DNA of 64,000 nucleotides from an uncultured bacterium (GCA_963695095.1 CAVOFT010000001.1:704001-768000), one strand, 5' to 3'; positions 54,026 to 64,000 are shown, counted from the stretch's first letter. Notes: generated by a model from the sequence alone, not told the origin. Numbers and translations: made by a program.

Positions 54026-54306
54026 GGCACAGCTCGCTTGGCGATGGGTGGGAGCGAATGGCCGCAGGATTGCCAGCGGAGCATGATTCTGGCACTCCAG
54101 GGGGCTCAGATCAACCCGATTGCACGGGGTATTCGGAGTCGAGAGGCGGATAATCGCCGGACGGCGCGGGTGCGCCGACCGGCGCGGGTGCGCCGGCCGG
54201 CGTCATCGCTGATTCTGCTGGCACCGGCAGCCGCCGGGCCTCTACCTTTGCGGCTGCGTCCGCCTGCGGGGGACTTGATCACGAACTCTGAGCGGGAGCA
54301 ATCGCC

Positions 54307-54744
54307 ATGGCTGAATTGAAGACGCGCCCCCAGGGGGGCGCCGCCGAAGTGAAGGCCTTCCTGGCCGCCATCCCCGACGCGGCGCGGCGGGCCGATGCGC
54401 AGGCCATCTTCAAGCTGATGCGCGAGGCGACGGGCAAGCCGGCCCAGCTCTGGGGCGACAGCATCGTCGGCTTCGGCCGCTACCACTACAAGTACGCGAG
54501 CGGCCGCGAGGGCGACTGGTTTCTCACCGGCTTCTCGCCGCGCAAGCAGGCGCTGACGCTCTACATCATGACCGGCTTCACGCGCTACGCGGCTCTGCTG
54601 GCCAAGCTCGGCAAGTTCAAGACCGGCAAGTCCTGCCTCTATCTGAATCGCCTGGCAGACGTCGATCTCGCGGTCCTGCGGGAGTTGATCGAGGCGTCCG
54701 TGGCGCATGCGGCTCAGCTGCCGGCCTGCGGACACGACGGCTGA
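54307..54744 (+). CDS. DUF1801-domain protein
   Basis: WGDSIVGFGRYHYKYASGREGDW..TGFSPRK and GKSCLY. Confidence 0.88.
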   Translation: MAELKTRPQGGAAEVKAFLAAIPDAARRADAQAIFKLMREATGKPAQLWGDSIVGFGRYHYKYASGREGDWFLTGFSPRKQALTLYIMTGFTRYAALLAKLGKFKTGKSCLYLNRLADVDLAVLRELIEASVAHAAQLPACGHDG

Positions 54745-54777
54745 GTCGGCCTTCCCTCGTCACACACGGAGGTTGTC

Positions 54778-55335
54778 ATGGTTTCCCTGCTGTCGCTCTG
54801 GCTGCCGATCCTGCTGTCGCCGGTCTTCGTCTTCGCGGTCAGCTCTTTCATCCACATGGTCCTGCAGTACCACAGCAAGGACTTCCGCAAGCTGCCCGAC
54901 GAGGACGGCGTGATGAAGGCCCTGCGCCCCTTCGCGCTCCCGCCCGGGGAGTACGTGCTCCCGCACGCCGGCAGCATGAAGGGGCTGAGCGCGCCCGACT
55001 ACCTCGCCAAGCGCGACGCGGGCCCGGTGGCCATGATGATGGTGGCGCCCAGCGGCCCGACCGGGATGGCCCGGGGCCTGCTGCTGTGGTTCGTCTACAG
55101 CTTGGTGGTCAGCGGCTTTGCGGCCTACATCGCCGGGCGCGCGCTCGAGCCCGGTGCGCACTACCTGGCCGTCTTCCGCTTCGTGGGCACCACGGCCTTC
55201 ATCGGCTATGCCCTCGCGCTCTGCCAGAACTCGATCTGGTACCGGCGGGCCTGGAGCACGACGATCAAGACCGCCTTCGACGGCCTCATCTACGGCCTGG
55301 TGACGGCCGGCGTCTTCGGCTGGCTCTGGCCCTAG
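54778..55335 (+). CDS. Conserved hypothetical integral membrane protein
   Basis: GGAGG RBS; four hydrophobic helices; ends FGWLWP. Confidence 0.75.
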   Translation: MVSLLSLWLPILLSPVFVFAVSSFIHMVLQYHSKDFRKLPDEDGVMKALRPFALPPGEYVLPHAGSMKGLSAPDYLAKRDAGPVAMMMVAPSGPTGMARGLLLWFVYSLVVSGFAAYIAGRALEPGAHYLAVFRFVGTTAFIGYALALCQNSIWYRRAWSTTIKTAFDGLIYGLVTAGVFGWLWP

Positions 55336-55376
55336 CGGCGCGAGCGCTGGCTGGGGCAGGGCGCCCCCGGGGGCCG

Positions 55377-55757
55377 CTAGGCGGGCTCGCCCCCGTTGAG
55401 CAGGCGGCGCAGGGCGGCGATGAAGGCCGGCCAGTCGAGCGGCTTGGCGAAGATGGCATCGGCGCCGAGCAAGTGGGCCGAGCGCAGATAGGTGTCCGGA
55501 TCGCCCATGCCGCCGCCGGAGATGGCGACCACCCTCACCGCCGCATTGATGCGGCGCAGCTCGCGCAGGGTCTCCAGGCCCTCCATGTCGGGCAGGATGA
55601 TGTCCAGGATCACGAGCCGGTAGTCGCCGCGGCGGAACTCGGCCAGTCCGGGCTTGCCGTCCGCGGCGGTGACCACCGCGTAGCCCTCCTTGTGCAGGCG
55701 CTCGGTCAGCATCCGGCAGAACTGGGCGTCGTCGTCGATGAGCAGCAGCTTAGTCAT
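55377..55757 (-). CDS. Single-domain response regulator
   Basis: LLIDDD, ILDIILPDMEG, AISGG and KP. Confidence 0.9.
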   Translation of the reverse strand: MTKLLLIDDDAQFCRMLTERLHKEGYAVVTAADGKPGLAEFRRGDYRLVILDIILPDMEGLETLRELRRINAAVRVVAISGGGMGDPDTYLRSAHLLGADAIFAKPLDWPAFIAALRRLLNGGEPA

Positions 55758-58629
55758 GGCCGAATCGAGCTCCTTCGCGGTTGGCCGCCAGCATCCTTCC
55801 GGCGATCTGACACAGGGTTGGCAGGCTGAGCGGCTTGAGCAGGATCTCGACCCCACCCATGAGCTTCAACTCCGTCTCGGCAGCTCTCTCAGTATAGCCT
55901 GTAATAACCAGAATGGGGAGGTGGGGGCGTAGTTTCCTCACCGCTGTAACAAGTTTGTCGCCGCGGAGCCCCGGCATGTTCAAGTCGCTGATCAAGAGAT
56001 CGTAAGCCGCCGGGTTCTCCTTGAAGCGCGCGAGCGCCTCGTCGCCCCGCGGGCAGGCGGTCACGCGGTGGCCTGCCCCGGTCAGGGCCTGCTCGCAGAG
56101 GGCGAGCAGCTGCGGATCGTCCTCTGCAATAAGGATGCGCCCGAGGGCGGCGGCCGGCGACGCCAGGGGCTCGTCCGCAGGAGGCGGGGCGGCGGCCAAT
56201 CTGGGCAGTAGGATCTCGACGCGGAACCCCTGTCCCGGGGCGCTGTCCACCTCGATGCTGCCGCCCAGTCCGCTGACGATGCCGTGCACCACGGCAAGGC
56301 CCATCCCGATGCCCTGCCCCGGGGCCTTCGTCGTGAAGAAGGGCTCGAACACTCGCGCCAGCAAGGCGGCATCGAGGCCCTGCCCCGTGTCGGTGACGCG
56401 CAGGCGCAGGTAATCCCCGGGCGGCAACTCCGGGCCGGCCCAGCGCCGCGGCGCATCCAGGTGCCGGCAATCCAGCTCGATGGCGAGAGTGCCCTCCCCG
56501 TTCCGCATCGCCTGCGCCGAATTCCCGCAAAGATTGAGGAGCAGCTGGTGCAGCTGGGAGGGCGCTGCGAGGATCTGGGCGTTCCCGCAGCGGTCGTCGA
56601 AGGCGATACGAATACCGCTAGGCATCGAGGCGCGCAGGAACCCGAGGGCCTCCTCGATGAAGGCGCCCAGGATGACGGGCTCCGTGCTGAGCGGCTCACG
56701 CCGGCTGAAGGAGAGGAGCTGCCGCACCAGAGCCTGGGCGCGACTGGCAGCCGTGAGCACTTCGCCGAGATGGCGGCGGGTGGTCGCGCCCGCCGGTTCG
56801 GCGCCCGCGGCCATTTCGGTGAAGCCGATGATGCTGCCCAGGACATTGTTGAAATCGTGGGCGATGCCGCCGGCCAGGGTGCCGATGGCCTCCATCTTCT
56901 GCGCCTGCAAGAGCCGCTCCTCCATGGCGCGCAGCTCGCTCTGATCGAAATGCACGGCGACGAAGCTGCCGACCACCCCCTGCGCATCCGGGATCGGGGT
57001 GATCGAGGCCACCGTGTGCAGGGGGCTACCGTCCCGGCGGCGCAGGATGTGGGGCCCCCGCCAGACCTGTCCCGCCCCCAGCGCCGCGCGCACCTCGGCA
57101 ATCAGCTCCGGGGGCGTTGCGCGCTCCCAGAGGAAGTCCGCCACCCGCCCCAGCGCCTCGTCCTGCGCATAGCCGGTCATGCGCACGAAAGCAGGGTTCG
57201 CGTAGAGAATGACGCTGTCGCGATCCATGACCAGCACGGACTCGGCGGCCTGCTCGATCGCCGCGGTCAGGCGCCGCTGCTCGACGTCGGCCCGCCGGCG
57301 CAGCGTGACGTCGCGGCCGATGCCCACCGTGCCCATGATGGAGCCCGCGGCATCGAAGAATGGCGTCTTGATGGTTTCGAACCAGCGCGTCTCCCCCGAG
57401 GGCAGGGTCAGCGGTTCCTCGATGGCGAGCGGCCGGCCGCTGACCAGCACGCGCGCATCATCGGCCGCGAAACGCTCGGCCTGAGCAAGGTCGGCCCAAA
57501 GTTCGGCGTCCCTCTTGCCTACTATTTCCTCCGGCCGCCGGCCGCAGGAGGCCGCGAAGGGCGCGTTCGCGCTGAGGTAGACCCCGTGCCGGTCCTTCAT
57601 CCAGGCGCTGTCGGGTATGGTGTCCAGGATGCTGCGCTGGATGTTCAGGGTCTCGGCGAGTTTCTCCTCCACGGCGCGCCGGTCGCTGATGTCGCGCGAG
57701 ACGAGGATCAGGCGACCCGCCTCCGGCGCGTCCGGGTCGCGCAGGAGGCGCAGGCGGCTCTCCATCCAGAGGTAGCCTCCATCCCGATGCCGGGCGCGGA
57801 AGGTGGCCGTCCAGGTCTCCGGCAGCTCCGCGTGCGCGGTCAATGCCGCCGCCAGCCCGGGGCCGTCCGCGGGGTGGACGAAATCCAGCAGATCGCGGCC
57901 CATCATCGCTTCCGGTGCGTGGCCGAGGATGCCGCGACAGGCCGGGGACATGTAGACCGTCTCGCGTCTGTCTCCCAGCACGGAGAGGATGTCCGTGGCG
58001 TTGTCGGTCAGGAGCCGCATCTGATGCTCGCTGGCCTCCAGCTCCCGCCGGCTGCGCACCAGCTCCTCCTGGCCGATCAGCAGCTTGCCGAGCAGGTAGC
58101 TGCCCAGGGGGTAGAGCGTGAGCACGGGCAGGGCGATGCGGCGGATGGTGAACTGGGCCAGTTCCCAGGGCAGCGAGAGCATACACAGGACCATCGCGAT
58201 GTGCACTGCGAGGCCGAGCCCGAGCAGGCCGGCATCGCCGCGCAGGGCCGGCCGGCGCCGGCTGGCGGCGCGGAAGAGCAGGCCCAGGGCCGTGCTGCTC
58301 AAAATCGTGAGCACGCCGGGCGGCAGCCCGACGCCACCCATGCCGATGCGCACGCCGAGGCTGAGTCCGGCGGCGATGAGGCCCGCGAGGGGGCCCGCCA
58401 CGAAGGCGCCTACGCCGAGCACGATCGTGCGGCCGTCGAAGAAGAGACCGGGGGTCACCACCACCGGCTTCAGCATGCCCGCAATGGCCACGGCGCCGAA
58501 GACGAGTCCGGCCACGGCCTGCCCAAGGCGCGACTCGCCCCGCCAGCGCCGCAGGACGAAGGCATAGAGGCTGATCAGCGCCAGCAAGAAGGCGATGTTC
58601 TGGGTGAGCGAGAAGAAGAGCTCGGCCAT
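55750..58629 (-). CDS. Hybrid sensor histidine kinase (5TMR-LYT, three PAS, HisKA, HATPase, REC)
   Basis: FFDGR, PAS motifs, GGIAHDFNN, FEPFFTTK and ISDLNMP. Confidence 0.93.
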   Translation of the reverse strand: MAELFFSLTQNIAFLLALISLYAFVLRRWRGESRLGQAVAGLVFGAVAIAGMLKPVVVTPGLFFDGRTIVLGVGAFVAGPLAGLIAAGLSLGVRIGMGGVGLPPGVLTILSSTALGLLFRAASRRRPALRGDAGLLGLGLAVHIAMVLCMLSLPWELAQFTIRRIALPVLTLYPLGSYLLGKLLIGQEELVRSRRELEASEHQMRLLTDNATDILSVLGDRRETVYMSPACRGILGHAPEAMMGRDLLDFVHPADGPGLAAALTAHAELPETWTATFRARHRDGGYLWMESRLRLLRDPDAPEAGRLILVSRDISDRRAVEEKLAETLNIQRSILDTIPDSAWMKDRHGVYLSANAPFAASCGRRPEEIVGKRDAELWADLAQAERFAADDARVLVSGRPLAIEEPLTLPSGETRWFETIKTPFFDAAGSIMGTVGIGRDVTLRRRADVEQRRLTAAIEQAAESVLVMDRDSVILYANPAFVRMTGYAQDEALGRVADFLWERATPPELIAEVRAALGAGQVWRGPHILRRRDGSPLHTVASITPIPDAQGVVGSFVAVHFDQSELRAMEERLLQAQKMEAIGTLAGGIAHDFNNVLGSIIGFTEMAAGAEPAGATTRRHLGEVLTAASRAQALVRQLLSFSRREPLSTEPVILGAFIEEALGFLRASMPSGIRIAFDDRCGNAQILAAPSQLHQLLLNLCGNSAQAMRNGEGTLAIELDCRHLDAPRRWAGPELPPGDYLRLRVTDTGQGLDAALLARVFEPFFTTKAPGQGIGMGLAVVHGIVSGLGGSIEVDSAPGQGFRVEILLPRLAAAPPPADEPLASPAAALGRILIAEDDPQLLALCEQALTGAGHRVTACPRGDEALARFKENPAAYDLLISDLNMPGLRGDKLVTAVRKLRPHLPILVITGYTERAAETELKLMGGVEILLKPLSLPTLCQIAGRMLAANREGARFGHD

Positions 58630-58802
58630 GTCGCCTCTTCTGCAGGAGTTGCCGGCACGAGCGATCTAATTTTTAGCATATGCAACTCGGAAGTCCAGAG
58701 ATATCGAGCCCGACTTGGCAGGGAGCCGGCGGGCCGCTATACTCGCCGGCCGGGCGCCCCTGGCTGCCCTCTCGCCCCCGAGCCGCTCAGGAAGGACCCG
58801 CC

Positions 58803-59549
58803 GTGGAGGAACAGGTGCTGAAGGAGGTCGCGGCCGACCTGCGCCGCTGGATCCAGCAGCAGCGCGCCGAGGGCGTCGAGGAGTTGCTGCTGCCTGCGAT
58901 GCCGGCGGCACCGGCTGAGCCGTTGCCGCCAGAGGCCGCGTCCGTGGACCCGGTCTTGCGCGGCGTTCTGCTCGAGCGCCATCCGGCCTGGCGGGACACG
59001 CCGCTGCTGCCGCTGGCGGAGGAGATCGATGCCTGCCGTCGCTGCAACCTCGGCGCTCAGCGCCAGTGCTCGGTGCCGGGCACGGGGCATCCGCAGGCCA
59101 AGCTCGTCTTCGTCGGCGAGGCGCCCGGGGCGGACGAGGACCGCCAGGGCATCCCCTTCGTCGGTCGCGCGGGGCAGCTCCTGGACAAGATCCTCGCCGC
59201 CATCGAGCTGCGCCGCGAGGACGTGCACATCCTCAATATCCTGAAATGCCGGCCGCCGGAGAATCGCAACCCGGCGCCTCAGGAGATCGAGGCCTGCCGG
59301 CCCTTCCTCGAGCGGCAGATCGATCTCCTCGAGCCGCGCCTGCTGATGGCGCTGGGCCTCTTCGCCGGGCAGTGGCTGACCGGCAAGAAGCTCAGCCTCA
59401 CCAAGCTGCGCGAGACCGGGCCCTACGCGTACCGGGGCATTCCCGTCTACGCCACTTTCCACCCGGCGGCGCTCCTGCGCAATCCGAACTGGAAGCGCCC
59501 GGCCTGGGACGATTTCAAGCGCATCCGCGAGGAGTACAACAAGCTGTGA
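58803..59549 (+). CDS. udg: Uracil-DNA glycosylase family 4
   Basis: CRRC, GEAPGADED, KCRPPENR and FHPAALLR. Confidence 0.93.
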   Translation: MEEQVLKEVAADLRRWIQQQRAEGVEELLLPAMPAAPAEPLPPEAASVDPVLRGVLLERHPAWRDTPLLPLAEEIDACRRCNLGAQRQCSVPGTGHPQAKLVFVGEAPGADEDRQGIPFVGRAGQLLDKILAAIELRREDVHILNILKCRPPENRNPAPQEIEACRPFLERQIDLLEPRLLMALGLFAGQWLTGKKLSLTKLRETGPYAYRGIPVYATFHPAALLRNPNWKRPAWDDFKRIREEYNKL

Positions 59550-60916
59550 GCGCCTACCAGGAACCCACCCGCACCGGTCGCGATCCGCGCGTGCCGCCGC
59601 ACAGCCGCGAGGCCGAGGAAGCCATCCTCGGGGCGCTGCTCCTGGATCGCAACGCCATCTTCAAGGCCATCGAGCTCCTGCAGCCCGAGTTCTTCTACGC
59701 CGAGAAGAACGCGGCCATCTTCCGGGCGATGGTCAGCCTCTTCCAGCGCGGCGAGGCGGTGGACATCATCACGCTCACCGAGGAGCTGCGCCGAGCGGGC
59801 AGCCTCGACCGCGCGGGCGGCGCCAGCTACCTGGGCGGCCTGCAGGAGAGCGTGGCCACGGGCGCGCACATCGAGCACTATGCGCGCATCGTCTCGGAGA
59901 AGGCCACGCTGCGCCGCATGATCGAGATCAGCGGCGAGATCGTGGAGAGCTGCTTCGAGGCGCGCGACGAGGCCATGGACATCCTCGACCGCGCCGAGTC
60001 GTCGATTCTCGCCGTCAGCCAGGGGCGCCTGCGCCAGGGCTTCGAGCCCATCAACGAGATCCTCAAGGCCACCTTCCAGAACATCCAGCGCGTCTACGAC
60101 AGCAAGACGCACATCACCGGCGTGGCCACGGGCTACGAGCGGCTGGATCTGCTCACGGGCGGCCTGCAGCCTTCGGATCTGCTCATCGTGGCCGGCCGAC
60201 CGAGCATGGGCAAGACCAGCTTCGTGCTCAACGTCGCCCAGCACGCGGCGATCGAGGAGAAGAAGAGCGTCGCCATCTTCTCGCTCGAGATGAGCAAGGA
60301 GCAGCTCGTGCAGCGCCTGCTCACGGCCGAGGCGCGGCTCGATGCGCACAAGCTGCGCACGGGCAACCTCAAGGACGGCGACTGGCCCCTGCTCACGCAG
60401 GCGGCAGGTCAGCTGGCCGAGGCGCCCATCTACATCGACGACACGCCGGCGATCAGCGTGCTCGAGATGCGCGCCAAGAGCCGGCGCCTGCAGGCGCAGA
60501 AGGGCCTGGACCTGATCGTCATCGACTATCTCCAGCTCGCCCGCGCAGTCAGCCGCGCCGACAATCGCCAGCAGGAGATCAGCGAGATCAGCCGCGGCAT
60601 GAAGGCCCTGGCCAAGGAGCTGCAGGTGCCGGTGGTGGCCCTCAGCCAGCTCAGCCGCGCCCTCGAGAGCCGCACCGACAAGCGGCCGATGCTCTCGGAC
60701 CTTCGCGAATCGGGGGCCCTCGAGCAGGACGCGGACGTGGTGATGTTCATCTACCGACCCGAGGTCTACGACAAGGACGACGAGGAGCTGGAGGGCCGGG
60801 CCGAGCTGATCATCGGCAAGCAGCGCAACGGCCCCATCGGCACGGTGCCGCTCTACTTCGTCAAGGAGTACACGCGCTTCGAGAATCCGGCGCGCGGGGA
60901 CGACTACTATGCCTGA
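59546..60916 (+). CDS. dnaB: Replicative DNA helicase
   Basis: PPHS.EAE, GRPSMGKT, IDYLQL, SQLSR and DLRESGALEQDAD. Confidence 0.97.
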   Translation: MSAYQEPTRTGRDPRVPPHSREAEEAILGALLLDRNAIFKAIELLQPEFFYAEKNAAIFRAMVSLFQRGEAVDIITLTEELRRAGSLDRAGGASYLGGLQESVATGAHIEHYARIVSEKATLRRMIEISGEIVESCFEARDEAMDILDRAESSILAVSQGRLRQGFEPINEILKATFQNIQRVYDSKTHITGVATGYERLDLLTGGLQPSDLLIVAGRPSMGKTSFVLNVAQHAAIEEKKSVAIFSLEMSKEQLVQRLLTAEARLDAHKLRTGNLKDGDWPLLTQAAGQLAEAPIYIDDTPAISVLEMRAKSRRLQAQKGLDLIVIDYLQLARAVSRADNRQQEISEISRGMKALAKELQVPVVALSQLSRALESRTDKRPMLSDLRESGALEQDADVVMFIYRPEVYDKDDEELEGRAELIIGKQRNGPIGTVPLYFVKEYTRFENPARGDDYYA

Positions 60917-61751
60917 GCCCGCCTCGCCCGCCTCGGCAGCGGTGGATGCGCTCAACGCCGTCCTGCTGCAGCGCATCGAGGTGGCGCCCGGCCTGCTCAT
61001 CCTGCGCGTGGCTCCCGACGGCTGGGAGCTCTCCGCCTTCAGCGCCGGCCAGTTCGCCGTGCTCGGCCTGCCGGGCAGCGCTCGGCGCTATCGCCTGGCC
61101 GATGCCGAGGACGAGCCGGCGCCGCCGGACAAGCTCATCCGCCGCGCCTATTCGGTGGCCTCCTCGTCGCTGGATCGGCAATACCTGGAGATCTACGTCA
61201 CCCTGGTGAGCTCGGGCGCGCTCACGCCGCGGCTCTTCGCCCTGCAGCCGGGCGACCGCCTCTTCCTCGGCAAGAAGATCACGGGCATGTTCACGCTGGA
61301 CAGCGTGCCGAAGTCGGCGCACCTGGCGCTCGTCGCCACGGGCACGGGGCTGGCGCCCTACATGAGCATGCTGCGCAGCGAGCTGCTCTGCGACCCGGCC
61401 CGCCGCGTGGCGGTGCTGCTCGGGGCGAGGCACTCCTGGGACCTCGGCTACCGCGGCGAGCTGATCACGATGATGCGCCTGTGCCCGAGCTTCAGCTACC
61501 TGCCCATCATCAGCCGCCCCGACGACGAGCCGCAGGCCTGGCCGGGCGCCGTCGGCCACGTGCAGGACCTCTGGCGCGGCGGGGCGCTCGCCGCGGCCTG
61601 GGGCGAGGCGCCGAGCGCTCGGACCACGCACGTGCTGCTCTGCGGCAGCCCGGGCATGATCGACGGCATGGTGGCCCTGCTCGAGGCCGAGGGCTTCCGC
61701 GAGCACAGCAAGAGAGAACCCGGTCAGATTCACGTGGAGCGTTACTGGTAA
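60909..61751 (+). CDS. fpr: Ferredoxin--NADP+ reductase family protein
   Basis: RRAYSVAS, ATGTGLAPY, LCGSPGM and terminal ERYW. Confidence 0.88.
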   Translation: MPEPASPASAAVDALNAVLLQRIEVAPGLLILRVAPDGWELSAFSAGQFAVLGLPGSARRYRLADAEDEPAPPDKLIRRAYSVASSSLDRQYLEIYVTLVSSGALTPRLFALQPGDRLFLGKKITGMFTLDSVPKSAHLALVATGTGLAPYMSMLRSELLCDPARRVAVLLGARHSWDLGYRGELITMMRLCPSFSYLPIISRPDDEPQAWPGAVGHVQDLWRGGALAAAWGEAPSARTTHVLLCGSPGMIDGMVALLEAEGFREHSKREPGQIHVERYW

Positions 61752-61753
61752 GC

Positions 61754-62305
61754 ATGCAGTACACCGTCCGCCGTCTCGATGCCGCCGCCCGCGAGGACTT
61801 CTTCCGCCTGCACTCTGCCGCCAACGGCCACGACTGGTGCTTCTGCGTGGCCTGGTGGGTGGAGAGCTTTGCCGGCTGGAACGAGCGCCGCGCCGACCAG
61901 AACCGCGCCCTGCGCGAATCGCTCTTCGCGCGCGGCGAGCAGGACGGCTACCTGCTCTATGCGGGCAAGGAGCCCGTCGCCTGGTGCCAGTGCGCGCCGC
62001 GCGATCGGCTCCGGCATCTGGCCGGCCGCTACACCGAGGGCCCCGATCCCTCGGCCTGGGCGCTCGGCTGCTTCTTCACGGCGCCGGCCTGGCGCGGCAA
62101 GGGCTGCACGCGAGCGCTACTCACGGGCATCCTCGCCGACCTGCGCGGGCGCGGGGTCAAGCGCCTGGAGGCCTTCCCGCGCGGCGAGGGCCGTCTGCCC
62201 GACGAGGAGGTCTGGACCGGTCCCGCCGGTCTCTTCGCCGAGTTCGGCTTCGCGGCCGAGGCCGAATACGGCAGCGTCATCCGCTATGCCCTGGCGCTGA
62301 GCTGA
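61754..62305 (+). CDS. GNAT-family N-acetyltransferase
   Basis: WCFC, AWCQCAPR, CFF...WRGKG and LEAFP. Confidence 0.85.
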   Translation: MQYTVRRLDAAAREDFFRLHSAANGHDWCFCVAWWVESFAGWNERRADQNRALRESLFARGEQDGYLLYAGKEPVAWCQCAPRDRLRHLAGRYTEGPDPSAWALGCFFTAPAWRGKGCTRALLTGILADLRGRGVKRLEAFPRGEGRLPDEEVWTGPAGLFAEFGFAAEAEYGSVIRYALALS

Positions 62306-62355
62306 GGGACCCGGATTGCTGCTATACTCAGGGCGGCAATCGCTGGAGGTTCGCC

Positions 62356-64000
62356 ATGCTCTCGATCCGCACCTTCGCCGCAGCGCTGCTGGCGCTTGCC
62401 GCCGCCCCGGCGGCCGCCGGTGAGCTGAATCCAGCCTTCCGCGAACAGCTGGCCCTCGCCCGGGCCGACACCCTGCTCAGCGTGATCGTGACCCTCGGCG
62501 AGCAGGCACCGGTGGCGGCCCTCAGCGCGCGCTTGACGGCTGCCGGCGCGAGCAGGGCGCAGCGGCACAGCGAGGTCTTGCACAGCCTGCACGAGACGGC
62601 CCGCGGCCAGGGCCCCCTCCTCGCGTGGTTGGACGGCCAGCGCGAGGCGGGTGCGGTCGCGGGTTACACCGCCCACTGGATCGCGAACCTCGTGGTGGTG
62701 GCGGCCACGCCCGCAGCCGTCGCGGAGCTGGCCGCGCGGGCAGATGTCGCCGCCGTCGAGGCGAACTTCAGCGCGCTGCCGCTCGAAGCCGAGATCGGGC
62801 AGGCGCCGCCGCCCTGGCCCAGTGTCGGCCTGACGCCGGGTATCGTGGCCATCGGCGCCGATCGCGTCTGGCGCGAGCTGGGGATCACCGGCGCGGGCGC
62901 GCTGGTCGCCGTCATCGACACGGGCGTGGATGGCGGGCATCCCGCTCTCGCCGCGCGCTGGCGCGGCCTCGTGGCGCCGGCCGCGGACTGCTGGCTCGAC
63001 CTGCTGGGCGTCTCGCCCACCTTTCCCGTCGATCCGCAAAGCCACGGCACCCACGTGATGGGCACCCTCGCCGGCCTCGCTCCCGGCGACAGCATCGGCG
63101 TGGCGCCGGGAGCGCTGTGGATCGCGACCAACGCGATCGGTCAGGGCGTGGGCACGCCCTTCAACAACGACGTCATCGCGGCCTTCGCCTGGCTGGCCGA
63201 TCCCGACGGCGACCCCGAGACCGTGGACGACGTGCCGGACGTGGTGATGAACGCCTGGGGCGTCAACGAATTGCTGGGCTACGCGGACTGCGACAGCCGC
63301 TGGTGGGCCGTGATCGACCACTGCGAGGCCGCGGGCGTCGTGGCGCTCTTCGCCGCCGGCGGCGACGGGCCGGCCGCGGGCAGCATCCGCTCGCCGGCCG
63401 ACCGCGCCGCCACGGCGCTGAGCAGTTTTGCCGTGGGCGCGGTGGATGCGAGCGATCCGGCGGCCTGGCCCTATCCTCTCGCCTCCTTCTCGAGTCGGGG
63501 TCCCTCGGGCTGCGACGTGCCGCCCGCGCTCGCCATCAAGCCCGAGCTGGTGGCGCCCGGCGTGAACGTGGTTTCGGCGGTGGCCGGCGGCGGCTACGCG
63601 AACTACAGCGGCAGCGCGATGGCGGGACCGCATGTGGCGGGCGTCGTGGCGCTCATGCGCAGCGCGAATCCGGACCTCGAGGTGGACGACATCAAGCAGA
63701 TCCTGCTCGAGACCGCCCGCGACGAGGGCCCGGCCGGCGACGACAACGGCTACGGCCGGGGCTGCGTGGACGCCTTCGCCGCCGTGAGCATGGCGCTGCA
63801 GGTCGATCCCACGGCCGCACCGGCGGCCGGTCTCTGGGAGCAAGTAGCCGCGCGGCTCGCGCCGGCCCACCCCAATCCCTTCCGGCCCCGCGAAGGCGCG
63901 GTCGCACTGGCCTTCAGCCTGAGCGCGCCGGCCAGTGTGCGCCTGGCCGTCTACGATGTCGCAGGCCGCCGTCTGCGCACCCTGGTGGCGGAGCCGCTTC
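62356..64000 (+). CDS. S8 subtilase-family protein (bacillopeptidase F-like) with FlgD/T9SS-like CTD, partial; catalytic Ser substituted
   Basis: Manual translation: signal peptide, propeptide, IDTGVD, HGTHVMGT, FSSRGP, KPELVAPG, 'SGSAMAGPHVAG', then PNPF...YDVAGRRLRTL. Confidence 0.88.
   Translation, partial: MLSIRTFAAALLALAAAPAAAGELNPAFREQLALARADTLLSVIVTLGEQAPVAALSARLTAAGASRAQRHSEVLHSLHETARGQGPLLAWLDGQREAGAVAGYTAHWIANLVVVAATPAAVAELAARADVAAVEANFSALPLEAEIGQAPPPWPSVGLTPGIVAIGADRVWRELGITGAGALVAVIDTGVDGGHPALAARWRGLVAPAADCWLDLLGVSPTFPVDPQSHGTHVMGTLAGLAPGDSIGVAPGALWIATNAIGQGVGTPFNNDVIAAFAWLADPDGDPETVDDVPDVVMNAWGVNELLGYADCDSRWWAVIDHCEAAGVVALFAAGGDGPAAGSIRSPADRAATALSSFAVGAVDASDPAAWPYPLASFSSRGPSGCDVPPALAIKPELVAPGVNVVSAVAGGGYANYSGSAMAGPHVAGVVALMRSANPDLEVDDIKQILLETARDEGPAGDDNGYGRGCVDAFAAVSMALQVDPTAAPAAGLWEQVAARLAPAHPNPFRPREGAVALAFSLSAPASVRLAVYDVAGRRLRTLVAEPL

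Overview
Very GC-rich bacterial DNA, most likely from an FCB-group candidate phylum (Latescibacterota/Krumholzibacteriota-like). This is inferred from several secreted proteins with FlgD/T9SS-like C-terminal domains (CTDs), a PorV-family barrel, a gingipain-like C25 peptidase and an archaeal/eukaryal-type ProRS. The window holds about 50 CDSs. Core genes include proS, yicC-gmk-rpoZ-coaBC, udg-dnaB and an NFACT/RqcH gene. It also has a pstS-phoU-pstC-pstA-pstB-pstB operon, lutABC, an Fe-S locus, a GH57/DUF4912 pair, transporters and many secreted proteins. Single-base indels break many genes, most densely at 23.6-29 kb. These look like long-read consensus errors, so such genes are reported as stitched CDSs. 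No rRNA, tRNA, CRISPR array, transposase or integrase was seen. The most notable observations are: (1) an in-frame Rrf2-IscS fusion with an IscR-type operator and sigma70 promoter, co-transcribed with iscA and a P1B ATPase; (2) an unannotated 48-aa peptide made of a signal peptide plus a C-terminal '[ST][FL]SxI[KR]xLY' motif, behind a ~170-nt structured RNA and a strong promoter, with the same motif ending another secreted protein in the window; (3) two covarying REPIN-like hairpins in inverted orientation around a secreted-protein gene; (4) several apparent pseudo-enzymes (a bEBP, a subtilase, a PhoU-fused LMW-PTP domain) and a cytolysin-like lipoprotein.
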